DNA of 42,579 nt from Prorocentrum cordatum (GCA_963575745.1 CAUYUJ010000292.1:620001-662579), one strand, 5' to 3'. Positions 23,333-34,697 are shown, counted from the stretch's first letter. Numbers and translations: made by a program. Notes: generated by a model from the letters alone, not told the origin.

Positions 23333-23979
23333 CGCTAGCATCTTCTCAAGCCGAGGCCGGTCCAGACCCCCGACGTCATAACTTATTCATGGCGTCGGCC
23401 CTCAGAGGCTTCGACCCGAGGATGAGGAATAATGAAACTAATACAAATAATAATACATCTACTACTACGACTACGTCTAATAATAATAACAACAATAATA
23501 TTAAGAACATGATTATTAATACGTAGAAGAATAAGAAGAAGACGAATCATACATATAATAATGACAATATGGAGCATAAACATACGATTAGCAAGACCAT
23601 ATGAATCATAAACGAATGCCAAGAAGACGAACCGTAGGAATAACACTAACAATATAAATAACAATACCAAGAAAAAGGAGGAGGAGGAGGAGAACTGATC
23701 CCCCCGCCTTCCCCCCCCCCCCGCGCTCGAGGGGCCCGCGGGGGGGGCCGAGGGGGGGGAGGCGCCTGGCGTCCGAGGCGTCTCCCGCGCCCTGGCAGGC
23801 TCGGCGCCCCCAGCGGGGCTCGGAGAGAGGCCCTTCCAAGGACCCGCTCTTCCTCACGAGTCGCTGACTTCACGGCCCCGAGGCCTGGGGCGAGGGCCCC
23901 TGGAGGCCGAAAGGAGAGCGAGACACATCCCGCCGGGATCTCTGGCCACAGCGCGAGAGGCGGGGTCTGGGTCCTACGC

Positions 23980-24147
23980 TTAGGTCGGGCATGTCCTCCG
24001 ACTACAGGTGGGTTTTGGAGCGATTCTTTAAACATGGCGAAACAAGCATAATCGAACAAATATTCAGAGATCATCGAAAAATAGTCCTCAAACTATTTTC
24101 TGACTCTTCTTGAATATTCCTTCAGTAGAGGGACGTGCCCGACTTAA
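23980..24147. mobile_element. hAT-like MITE family F with 8-bp TSD
   Basis: TIR TTAGGTCGGGC / GCCCGACTTAA. Perfect TSD TCCTACGC at 23972-23979 and 24148-24155. Confidence 0.85.
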
Positions 24148-24320
24148 TCCTACGCTGGCATCGCCTCCAGCCGCGGCCCCCAACCCCCCCCCCCCGACGC
24201 CCAGGCCCCTCTGCCTCGGCCCCCCCCCGCCGGCCGCACGCCGGGTTGGATGCTCCTCCTGGGGACCTTCCTGGAGACACGCGGGTCCACTCGTGCGTCG
24301 AAGCTGCGTCGAACGTTGGG

Positions 24321-24549
24321 CGCCCGAGTTATCCAGGGTAGCTCGGGCCCGGGGTACCTCGTGTTCGGATTCCCGAAGAACGAACCCGAGTTAGCCCTGA
24401 CCCGAGTGACCCCTGATGACTTGGGTCCGTGGACGCCCGAGTTATCCGGGGGAACTCGAGCCCGGGGTAACTCGGGTTTGGATTCCCGGAACACGAACCC
24501 CAGTTAGCCCTGACCCGAGTTACCCCTGATGATTCGGGGCTCCGAGAAC
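24321..24549. repeat. Tandem duplication with a 113-bp period
   Basis: CGCCCGAGTTATCC starts at 24321 and 24434. GTTAGCCCTGACCCGAGT occurs in both units. Confidence 0.85.
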
Positions 24550-24688
24550 GTCCGTCGATTCGAGTCGACCCTGAGAGTCGAACCCGAGTCGCACCTGAGT
24601 CGAACTCGAGTCGAGCTGGGGTCGAGCTGCAGTCGAACAGGTCCGTTTGGTGGGTCTCAGGAAGCTAGGTCCCCCAAACGAGCGTCTG

Positions 24689-24859
24689 TCGGCGGTGGAC
24701 AAACCTCCCTTTAGTAGACCTCCCCTTAGAGAAAACGGCCTGGGACCGAAACCGACGGACCTGGACCCGCAAACATGACGGCCGCGGCGCCCTCTCGCGA
24801 ACCGAAAACGGCCCATTCCTGAATCGACGCGTCAGGGTAGGAGGTCTGTCCACCTCCGA
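24689..24859. mobile_element. 171-bp MITE family A, copy 3
   Basis: Colinear with 2618-2788. Confidence 0.85.
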
Positions 24860-24867
24860 TAGAGGCC

Positions 24868-25058
24868 AGGGTCCGAGCAGATGGGGTCCAAGGATCGCGC
24901 TGCATCGCCGAGGCATCGGCGATGCATTGGCGATGCGGCGGCGGTGCCCGCGACGCACGGGTTCCGTCGGCGTGGCGAAAGTCGGGCTCCGCGTCGGGCC
25001 GCATCGTCGGTGCATCCGCGATGCGGCGCGATCCTTCGACCCCATCTACTCCGACCCC
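24868..25058. mobile_element. 191-bp palindromic MITE family C, copy 2
   Basis: Same TIRs and length as 3533-3723. Confidence 0.8.
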
Positions 25059-26326
25059 GTCTGGGAGGCCTGGAGCACAGGGGGGGCACGGCACATGGAC
25101 AAAATGTTGCACCACCTGGCGCGGACAATGCATTGCATCGCTGTTCCATAAGCTTTTGTTTTCCACCCCCCTCTCCTCTCCCCCCCCGATCTCAATATTG
25201 GGTTCAGTCCGGGCTGGTCGAAACAGCTCGGTGGTGCAACATTTTGACGGGAGTCCCCGGGCGGCCCAAGAACTCTCCGCCATGCACCCACTATTAAGAT
25301 CGGGGGGAAAAGGGTGGACAGCAATGCAGTAATAGGTGTCAATGCGCAACAAAAGTGGTGCAACAGTTCGTCGATGTACGGTGTGGGGAGAGGGGAAGGC
25401 TTCTAAGCTGGCGTTTCTTATTTTTATGTTCCATCTGGGTTTCGTCATTTGGCTCCCGAAGGGGTTCTTACTTCGTGAAAAGACGGATCCTCGGGGGCTT
25501 ACTTTGCCCGTTCCTCGGAGGTTCCCCGGGTTCCCCGGTGCCTCATGCGAAGCAATGCTAAGCAATGCCAAACACTACGCCCATGCAGTAAGAATACTTC
25601 CCCTAATAGGGGTCGCGCCGGGTTCATGTAGTTCTGGGTTTCGACATTTGGCCGAAGGGTGGGAGAGGGGCCGGTGGTCAGTCGATCTGCCTTTAACTTT
25701 CGCGCAAGCAGACTGGGGCAGAGGGACCCTGACCAGTCGCCACAAGCAGCCGCCAGAAGCATCCAGGATCTGGTGTATTTGGGGGGAGAGGGGGCGGACG
25801 GGGGGCGCGCCGATCGGCGAAGCAAACATAAAAAAACGGCGACTTAGAAAGAGGCTGCTTCTTAGAAGGCGCCGGCCTTACATCTATAGACAAGGCCCGC
25901 GCCTTCTCAGAGGCAGCCGCCCTCTGAGAAGCCTTCCCCCCTCCCCCGATCTCCCTCTGCGCGTGGCGGAACTGGCCAGTGCTGGTGGGACCCCTGTGGG
26001 CCAGCACCAAAGATCACTCCGGCGAGAGATCTACGCGAAGCCGGCTCTTGCTCATGTGTCCTGGTCGTGGGCATGGTATACAAAACTCCCTCCCTGGGGC
26101 GCGATCTGTTGTATGCTGGTAGTGGCCCCGGGCGGGGGAATCTGACTGGGGAGGGGCGGGTGTGGTATGCAAAACAGCTGGAGGATCATCCTCTCGCGAG
26201 AGCGGCTCTTGCTGGGGGGGAGAGGAAAAAAGAGAGGGGGGGGAGAGGGGGGCGGCGCTGGCGCGAGCCGTGGCGTCACCAGGACCTCGGCGCCCCCGCG
26301 ACGGCTGCGGCCTCGGATCGAAGCAC

Positions 26327-27016
26327 TCACCACTCCTGCTGGCCCTCGCCGGCAAGGACGTGCAGAGGCCTGGCTTGCGAGGTCCTGGCTTCAGGGGCTC
26401 CAAGGGCGGCGGCGCCCCCGAGGCCCGCCGGGGCGCTGGGCGCGGCCGGCGCCAGCGCCGACGACGCTGGCGCTGGCGCAGTCGCCGCCAGCGCGGGCCG
26501 CGGGGCCTCTGCGGCCCTGGCCGCCAGCGTGAGCCGCAGGGCCACCGTGAGCTCCGCCCGGTCGGAGTCGCCACTGCAGAGCTGCCACGGCTCGTGCTGG
26601 TAGGCGCTGCGCTCGGCGAAGCTGTGCTGCACCGCGGGCGGGTGCCACGGGGCCTCGCCGCCGTCCTCCAGCCAGAGGGCGATGCCGAACGTGGAGGCTG
26701 CGAGCGGGCCGCCCTTGCACTTGATCATGGCCAGCCCGCGGCCCCTCGACTTCTTGAAGGAGTGGCGGCCCCTGCCCACCGTGCCGAGACTCTCCCTGTG
26801 AGTGGTCAGCATCAGCGCGAACCTCGTGGGCTCCTGCCCAGGCAGGCCGAGCTGGAACTCTGGGGAGACGACGCGGGAGCCGCCGGATGTCAGGATCCTG
26901 CTGCCGACAGCCCAGGAGTGCGCCCACACGATCGCTCCGTTCGCGTCCCGCGCGGGCGCGAGCAGCCCAGATGAGCAGCCGTCCTTCGCCAGAAGAAGAA
27001 GAGTCGGCGTAGACAT
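26327..27016 (-). CDS. Uncharacterised single-exon ORF (229 aa) with a globular domain typical of dinoflagellate proteins; may be a terminal exon starting at TAG|TTT near 27040
   Basis: Pattern W.V.SR.L.....VVSPEF.L...F.LML....G..SFKKSRGRG...IKC...F.I....V.H.F....W.L....LTVALRL. It resembles a dinoflagellate-expanded domain family as I recall it (not searched). Codons are GC3-rich. Confidence 0.7.
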   Translation of the reverse strand: MSTPTLLLLAKDGCSSGLLAPARDANGAIVWAHSWAVGSRILTSGGSRVVSPEFQLGLPGQEPTRFALMLTTHRESLGTVGRGRHSFKKSRGRGLAMIKCKGGPLAASTFGIALWLEDGGEAPWHPPAVQHSFAERSAYQHEPWQLCSGDSDRAELTVALRLTLAARAAEAPRPALAATAPAPASSALAPAAPSAPAGLGGAAALGAPEARTSQARPLHVLAGEGQQEW

Positions 27017-27825
27017 TGCATTGTCAAACGTACGATCGAGAAACTAATCATGCCAGACATCTGGGCCAGCTTCCCGGAAGCTCCTGCAAGCAAGCCTGGG
27101 CCAACCTCTGACCTCTGCTGTCAACGCTGGAGGGGCGCACGCGCTCAAGCACCTGGCCCACCTCTCTGCCGAGCTGGTGAAGAAACGCTGGCGCAGGCGT
27201 CCGACGAGGAGGTCTCTCGATCATGTGCTCGACCGTCGGCTAGACGCAAGAGCGACCCTGGGTGAGAGTGACCTTTGGTGCGCAGCTTCTGGGGGCGCGA
27301 GGGAGCCAAACCCAGGGCGCGGGCCGCTCATGTCGCATCACGCTCGGCGATCGGGGGGAGCCCGACGAGCCCGCACCAGAGGTCACTCCGGCGAAGTGTG
27401 CACTCTTACGTGTAGTCGAGACCGTGCTGTCGGAGGTCCGCAGGGCTGCCCCGAGAACCTGCGCCGGGCTCCCCCCTCCGAAAGCGCGCGGAACGCGCGC
27501 CCAGGGGGCGGCGCCGGGCCCGCCGCCAGAGAGGGGCCTGCGGCGATCCGAGGCATGCCGCGCGGACCTCCGGGAGGCCACGGCCGAGGGCGCCCTGCCC
27601 AGCGTGTCGCGGCGGCGGCTCCCGCGGCACGCCCGTGCCGGGCAAGCGGATACGGTCGGACTTCAGTAGACAGGACACGCGAGAGGACAGAAGACCCTTC
27701 CGGGGGGCCACATTGCCATATAGGAACGCAAGAAGCACGGGTCGCGAGACACAGGACGGAAAGGTACCCCTGATTTGGCAGGGTCGACCTACTAATCCGG
27801 GCCGACTGTATCTAGCGTTATGCTG

Positions 27826-28022
27826 GTCCCATCGTACTTAGACTTGGGGACCACATGCCAGACAGAATTTCGAGCACCCAGAAAAAAGGGTCGAAAGGGT
27901 GTCGAACGAGTCTCGCCTCCCAGGGCCCCGCCGCGTGGGAGCCCTCCAGTTTCGGTACGTTCCTGGTGCTCGGAATTCTTCCTGGTGGTAAAGGCTAAAG
28001 TAGGTCGGAACATCATACAGTT
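27826..28022. repeat. Family G copy 2
   Basis: Colinear with 5141-5325. Confidence 0.7.
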
Positions 28023-28338
28023 AGCGTGCCGCGCCACTCCGCGGGACGGGCAGGAGAGCCCAGAATCGAATCGATGAGTCGCATCGGCGATCGAGAAGTC
28101 GAATCAGCAGAACTCGGCAGGGCTGGTAGGCCTCCATGGAAGCATCGGCGCCCGGATCGACATCCCGGGTCGGACCGCACCTGAATCGGAAAAGCCCTCG
28201 AAGCCGAAGGGGCATCGAGCCGCAGGAACCGCAACGAGCCCCGCGGAAGTAGGCTGGAGCATCACAGAGAGCCAGCGCGCCGCGCCGCTCCGCGGGACGG
28301 GGCGCCAGAGAGCAGCTCGGGACGCTGCTGCCCGGGGA

Positions 28339-28682
28339 AGGAGGAGGAGGAGGAGGAGGAGGAGGAGGAGGAGGAGGAGGAGGAGGAGGGAAAGGAGGGG
28401 GATGAGGGGGAGGAGGAGGAGGCAGGAGGAGGAGGAGGAGGAGGGAGAGAGAGGAGGAGAGGAGGAGGGGAGGAGGAGGAGGAGGAGGGAGGAGGAGAGA
28501 GGAGAGGAGGAGGGAGGAGAAGGGGGAGGGAGAGAGGAGGAGGAGGAGGAGGAGGAGGAGGGAGGAGGAGGAGGAGGGAGAGGAGAGGAGGGAAGGAGGA
28601 GGTAAGGAGGAGAAGAGGAGGAGCGGGGAGGAAGGGAGGGGGAGGAGGAGGAAGGAGGAGGAGAGGAGGAGGGGAGGAGGAG
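28339..28682. repeat. (GGA)n tract on the 3' side of the retrotransposon
   Basis: Read directly from the sequence. Confidence 0.95.
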
Positions 28683-28683
28683 C

Positions 28684-31600
28684 TTTTTTGCAATGCACGG
28701 CAGCCAGGCGCACACCCAAATCGCGAAAGCAAAAAGGCCGGGCGACAGGCTGGCAGTCAAAACACGCGGGCTAAACACCCGCCGAGGGCCACTCGCAGAC
28801 CCCAGGCCTGGGAGGGAGGCCCTTGCGCAGCCGCAGCAGGGCAGTAAGCTGCGCCTTGGTCAGCGCGAAAGGTCCGTGCCTCGCCGCCTCGCACTCCTCC
28901 AGAAGTCGCGAGGGCCTGGAGTCAGCGTAGCGCCCGCAGAGGCTGCAAAAAGTGATGGCACCCTTGCGCCACAAAAAGTGAGAGGCATGCGGCACATGTC
29001 CAGCAATGCCCGTGCCAGGAGGCAAGCGAGAGGGGGGATCAGGCATCCCCAGAGAACGAAAGAGCTGCTCGTCGATGGGCGGCAGCCCCGAGTACGAGCG
29101 CGGCAGCCTGACGCAGACCCGAAGCGCGGGAGCTGCGTCCGCTTCTGGCTCGACCGCAGGCTCGAGAGGCACCTCACCGTCCCCCCCCCCGTCCTCGTCC
29201 GCCCCGTCCCCCTCCCTCTGATGGCCTCGCTGCTGCAGCTCCACGCGGCAGGGAGGCGGGCTAGGCGGCGGCCGCAAGGCCGAGCACGAGGAGCGCAGCA
29301 GGTGGAGGGCGCGGCTCTGAGAACGCCTGACCGATCGGCCACAGCTCTTGCAGCACCAGCCGAACGCGGTCGAGGCAAAGGCATGCTGGGAACGAGCCGC
29401 AAAGCCCGAAAGCAGCTCCTCCCTCCTCTGAGCCCTAGAAACCTTGGGTTTGGTAACCTCACGGCCAGGGCTCTTGGGGGCGGAGGCGGCGGCAGCACAG
29501 AGAGTGGCATTGCGGAGCAGGATGGCCTCGGCCTGCTCCACCAGGTCCAAAGCGCGGCGGGCAACGTCTGGATCAAGCTGAACCTCCTCAGCCCGCTCCT
29601 CGGCGAGCCCATCGGCCACCGCATTGAGAAAAATAGCCTCGGGCAGCACAGAGTGGCCGAGGCGAGCAAACTTAGCTGGGTCCTCGGCAAGATGCGAGGG
29701 CACGTGCAGGAGCGCGAAGCGGCCCTCGCGGGCGTCAAGCAGCGAGAAGAGATCGTGCCAGAGGTCCGCGTGCTCGAGCTTGTAGCAGTGGCGGCGTCCG
29801 CGCGCTATCGCATTCACGTGATTCACGTGGTCGGAATAAAGCTTGACATCGGCAGCAGGGTGGACGGCCCTGACGCACTCCACAATGGCCAGGAGCTCAG
29901 CGCGAGGCACAGTTTGCACAGGACCGTCCACCAAGCCCGTGCAGCCAGAGTCCCAGTCCAAGCCTTGGCCGTCGTCAAGGCGAGCGAAGCTCCACCCCAC
30001 ACGGCGTAGCAAGGGCTGAGACGACCAGGCTCCACCTGCACCGTCGGTAGCGTAGATCCCCCCTGGCAGCGCCCCGACGCCGCAGCGCAGCCAACGATGG
30101 CCACGCTCGTCAGGGGGCGGCGGGAGGTTCAGCCAGGCGAGGGGCACAAGCCCGCGGCACCAGAAAACAGGGAAGCGGTCGATCTCCTCCAACGCCTGAC
30201 TGCGAAGGTGGTTGGAGGAGACCACAGCCTCAGGAGGGGGAGGCACACCGACCGAGAGCGCCCAGTCCCTCTCCATGGAATTGCACATGCATTCCCAGAA
30301 ACGATGACGGCTGGATTCACGGGAGCGGTGGCAGCGCTGGCACAGGTCGTCCGTGCGGTAGCCAGCCTGGAAACGTCGCTCCTCCGTCCAGTAGCCACCG
30401 CATGCAACTAGGCGAACAAGGCTGGCAAGACTGTGCTGGGACTCCTTCTCCAGCCGCTCCGCCAGTGCAGGCGCGTGCTGCCACCAGACGCCCTCCTCCG
30501 CCCCACCCCCGTCAAGATGCTTGGCCGCCTGGCGCCAAACCGCGTTCTCAGCGGTCTGCTCCAGAGCCGCGAGGAGGCTGGTGACGGGGGCGACGGTGGT
30601 GGCGAAAAGCTCCCACTCCTGCCCGTCTGGCTCAACCAACTTGGACAGGGACGGGCACTGCCAGCCAGCAGAAAGGACAGAGGCCTGAAAGGCCGAAAGC
30701 GGGCCGCGCACGAAGTTCCAGCCACGCGCCACACGCTCCAGGGACGCGTCCCATCCTCGCTGGACCTTGGCAGCGAGGCCGTCCTCTCCAAGGACTCGAG
30801 AGTAGAACGCACCTACGATGTGCCGCAGGTACCAGATGGGCGGGTCGCGCCGCGCCCCAAAACTGATGCGAATGGCCACAGTAGCGCACGTGCCGCGCTG
30901 AGGACACTTGCTGGCCAGCCGCGCCTGACCACGAAGCTGCTTCAGCATGGTCGGCGCCAGCCCGTGCACCTCAGGCGCCCACACCGACTTCGGCAGGGCA
31001 TTGGAGACGAAAAGGCGTGAGGCTCGCGGCGCGGACCTGACCAGTCCCGAAATCTTGAGAGCGGCGCGCCTGCCCTTCATGAAACGCTTCTTGCGCACCT
31101 TCACGGAGCGCGAGGCACCGAAAGATGTGTCGTGGCCGAGGTCGCGGGCAACACGAACAGTCCTGAGGCCACCAGCCCCGACCTCGGCCGCCGACGCCCA
31201 CGCGGGCAGCAAGGCGCGGATGGCAGCAGAAGAGGCCATGAGGCCGCACTTTCCCAGGGAAAACTCGCATCGCAGCCTGCGCAGGCCCGTAAAGAGGGCG
31301 CGCAGCACCACTGGAAAGGCCAAGCTGAGCGAGTGCTCAGTGCCGAAAAGGCGGAAGGCGAGATCGTCGATCCACTCCCTCAGGCGCAACCCTGGCACCA
31401 AGGAGTGGGCCGCCTTCAGCGGGGCGTGCAGGTAGGCGCGCGCCTGCGAGACAGCTTGGCCACAGCCGGCGAGGATGCCTCCACCAGGCAAGATACCTGT
31501 GTGCACCTGGCGCTGGAGGGTGAGGAGGCGAGGACCGAGGTAGACGTCGAGGGCGAGAGCGAGGAGGCGGAGAGGGTAGCCTAGATCCTGGGCCGCCGCC

Positions 31601-32798
31601 GCCAAATCAGGCAGGGACACCAGGTCGTAAAACTTCCGAAGGTCGAGCAGTCCGCCCGCAACCTCGAAGCCTCCCAGGAGCGCAAGCTCCCCCTCCAGCT
31701 CGTCCAACCACCCCGCAAGATCGGCCGAGCCGCCCACTGTCTTGTCCCAGGCCCCGTGCTGGTCACGGTCCCAGGCGCCTATCACTGGCTTCCTAATGCG
31801 GCATAGCAACACGTAGCTGAAATTGAGCAAGGCGATGGGCCTCAGGCCTCCATCCTCCTTGTCCAGCAAGGCGATGAGGTTGAACAGCTCTTGAAAGGGC
31901 ACTGTGGCCTCGCGCTCGATGGCCGTCAGAAGGGCCGCGAGCGCATCGATGGCAGCAGGCGGCGCATCCTTGACCAGGCGAGGCGGCATCATGTCAATCC
32001 CCCTCCCCCGACGATCAGGAACGGTCTTTAACGCCCCCCTCACCTGGTCAGGAGAAACAGGCTCGAAGCAGGCTGACGACAGAGCAGCACGGCGGATCCT
32101 CGCGAGGGCCTCCAACGCCTCGGGCCGCGAATGCTTGCACCAGATTGCGTGCCACGAGGCGCCTTCCGCCTCCAGCACGGCAGAGGGCGTGGAGGCAGGC
32201 TCTCCATCCCAGACAGGCTCGGCGCGACAGATTGAGGGAGAATCGCGGAGGAGCCTATGGGCTTTGCTAGCAGAGCCCGCCAAAGCGTCGGACAACCAGG
32301 AGCGCCAGCGCGCACGGGCCGCCGCAGCCGCGCGCTGGGCAGCCTGGACTCCCTGCTCCTTAGCCTCCTCCGCGATTTGCTGAAGGCTGTCGAGCGACAG
32401 CGAGCGAAGCTGGCGGAGCCAAGAGATCCAACGCTCAAGGATCGCTTTCTCCACCGCGTCGTTCGGATCGAAAGGCGGGGGCAGCTGCAGGGCCTCCAGC
32501 CCGCGCATCGTGCTCCAGAACTGCTCACCACAGCGGGCGCGCGGAGTAGAAGGCTCGGAAGGATCCGCCTCGGGATCAGCCAAACGCAGAAGCAAGGAGG
32601 CCTGCACAGCGAGGGCCTGCCAAAAACGGGCATGGCGGTCAGCGAGAGGAGGGCCGTCGCTGGCGCGTGGCACGATGGGGGCGTACTTGAGGCGAGGCTG
32701 CTGGCACCGTCCTACGTACAGAGGCCACTGCGAGCGAGGGATTCCTTTTTTGGCACAGTGCACGAACTCCAGAGCCAGGGCCCACTCCCCGAGCTGGC
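28684..32798 (-). mobile_element. 5'-truncated non-LTR retrotransposon with RT and RNase H
   Basis: Uninterrupted frame of about 1340 aa, short 3' UTR, A6 tail at 28684-28689, and (GGA)n on both sides. No endonuclease is present in the retained part. Confidence 0.93.
28771..32798 (-). CDS. ORF2 fragment: reverse transcriptase, Zn finger, RNase H, C-terminal Cys/His motifs
   Basis: RT motifs GRGID, K.DGGLRPIAL, LDLRKFYD, GILAGC and WIDD (31363-31374). Zn finger CQRCHRSRESSRHRFWEC. RNase H motifs TDGAG, QTVPRAEL, YSD, ADLW, HVPSH and NAVADGLA. Confidence 0.92.
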
Positions 32799-33207
32799 AA
32801 GGAGGGGGATGAGGGGGAGGAGGAGGAGGAGGAGGAGGAGGAGGAGGAGGAGGAGGAGGAGGAGGAGGAGGAGGAGGAGGGAGGAGGAGGAGGAGGGAGG
32901 AAGAGGAGGAGGAGGATGAAGGAGGAGAGGAGGAGAAGGAGGAGAAGGAGGAGGAGGAGGAGGAGGAGGAGGACGAGGGAGGAGGAGGAGGAGGAGAGGA
33001 GGAGGAGGAGGAGGAGGAGGAGGAGGAGAAGGAGAAAGAGGAGGAGGAGGAGCAGGAGGAGGAGGAGGAAGGAGGGGGAGGAGGAGGAGGAGTAGGAGTA
33101 GGAGTAGGAGGAGGAGAACTCCTGCTGACATCCGCTCCTGACCGTATGCTCATGCCGATGTCCCCCACGGCAACGACGACGACGAAGACGACGACGAGGA
33201 CGAGGAC

Positions 33208-33247
<40 letters not shown>
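32799..33247. repeat. (GGA)n then (GAC)n tracts on the 5' side of the retrotransposon
   Basis: Read directly from the sequence. Confidence 0.95.
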
Positions 33248-34063
33248 CTTTCTCTCATTCTGACGGGGAGGGGTCGCCCCCCCTGCCTGTCTTGAGGTGA
33301 GTGTGCGGCGAACCGATATCATTCTAGGCAGCTCACGGGAGCCTCCCATGTCATCCTGCTGGCTCCTGCGAACCGACGCTGGCCGGAGCCAATCGACGCC
33401 AAGTCGGCGCTGCATCGGCGCTTTATCCCATCGATCACCTAGGCGCTGGCACGCGCCAGGGCACTCTGCAGGCGGACGTCGGAGGACACGTGCTGCTCCC
33501 ATTGGGTCACTGCAGAATGCTCCGATGGTCGCCCCGGTAGGGGAGCTCGGAGTCGAATCGATCTGCGCGGTCGGCCGTCGAAGCAAATCGGGATCGGCGG
33601 AAGTCGGCAGCGGAGTCGCGAGAAGTCGAACCGGCGGACTCTGGCAGGCGAATAGGCCTCCACAGAAAAATCGGAATCCAAATCGGAAGCCGAAGCCGCA
33701 GCCGAATCGGAATCGGAATCCATCGAAATCGAATCGAATCGATTCGGAGGAATCGGAATGAGCCCTGCTTGGCGGCGTGCACAGTGGGGCAGGGGGAGTT
33801 TGGGGAAGGCTGTTGCATGGAAGGCGCCAGCCGCCTTACATCTATAGGCAGGGCCAGCACCTTCTCAGAAGCGCGGTAAGGACGCAAGAGCCTTGGACGC
33901 CCATGCCGAGGCTCTTCGAGCGGGGCTGGCCATCGAAAGTGGCTGAGGACGGACCGAGGATGACCGAATAGGCAAGGGTGCAAGGTGTACCCTGGGGGAG
34001 GCGATCATCCTCACTGTCGGGGTTGACAGTGACCCCTCTGCGCGTGGCTGAGATGAGAGCTGC

Positions 34064-34108
34064 CTCGGCCACCGCGGGCGGGGCTAGCGCGGGCGGCACC
34101 AAGCTTCC
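34064..34108 (-). CDS. Repeat-module copy (EAWCRP/LAPPAVAE) with an apparent 1-nt frameshift
   Basis: Homologous module ending GCCGAG|GC. Confidence 0.35.
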
Positions 34109-34171
34109 CAGACACTCGACGTCATGATTTTGTCATAACGTCGACCGCCAGGATCGGGGACGCACTGACCC

Positions 34172-34320
34172 GGGTCGATGCAAACCTGGGTCAGTCAAGC
34201 CTTGCAGACTCCATCAAAATACTGCAGGATCCTGCACCCAAACCCGGGTCAATGCAACCCTGGCCCTGCAGAATCCTGCAAGATCTGGCCCTCTGGCTGA
34301 CCCCCGTTTGCATTGACCCC
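34172..34320. mobile_element. MITE nested in a family E copy
   Basis: TIR GGGTCGATGCAAACCTGGGTCAGTCA / TGGCTGACCCCCGTTTGCATTGACCC. Confidence 0.7.
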
Positions 34321-34615
34321 GTCTCTTGAGCCCCCGGCAGGAGGACTAGACCCCGTCCCCGGCGAGGGCCCCCAGAGGCCGAAAAGAATGAGACACTTCC
34401 CGTCCTATGTTTTGTCATGACTCGAGGAGGTCTGGGGGTGGTAGAGGAGGAGGGGGAGGGGGAGGAGGAGGGGGAGGAGGAGGAGGAGGGGAGGAGGAGG
34501 AGGAGGAGGAGGAGGAGGAGGAGGAGGGGGAGGCGGGAGAAAAGAAGAGGAGGAGGAAGAGGAGGAGGAGGAGGAGGAGGAGGAGGAGGAGGAGGAGGAG
34601 GAGGGAGTCTGGGTC

Positions 34616-34697
34616 CTCCGGCAGCCCTGCCTCGGCCAGCGCGGGCGCGGCCAGCGGGCGGCAGAGGGCTTCCTGTGGTTCCGGGCAGAGGGGGGCC
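34616..34697 (-). CDS. Repeat-module exon (EALCRPLAAPALAEAGLPE); boundaries ambiguous
   Basis: Homologous module. AG|G acceptors at 34697 and 34672, donors at 34631 (GC) and 34616 (GA). Confidence 0.5.

Noticed and set aside
24321..24640. CRISPR-like appearance of the short repeats
   Set aside because: No constant repeat with unique spacers, no cas genes, and a eukaryotic context.
28693..30009. 438-aa plus-strand ORF and other antisense ORFs over the retrotransposon
   Set aside because: Shadow frames of a GC-rich coding sequence with no recognisable motifs.
32799..33258. N-terminal about 150 aa of the 1495-aa ORF
   Set aside because: Read-through of the (CCT)n/(GTC)n microsatellites, not part of the retrotransposon protein.
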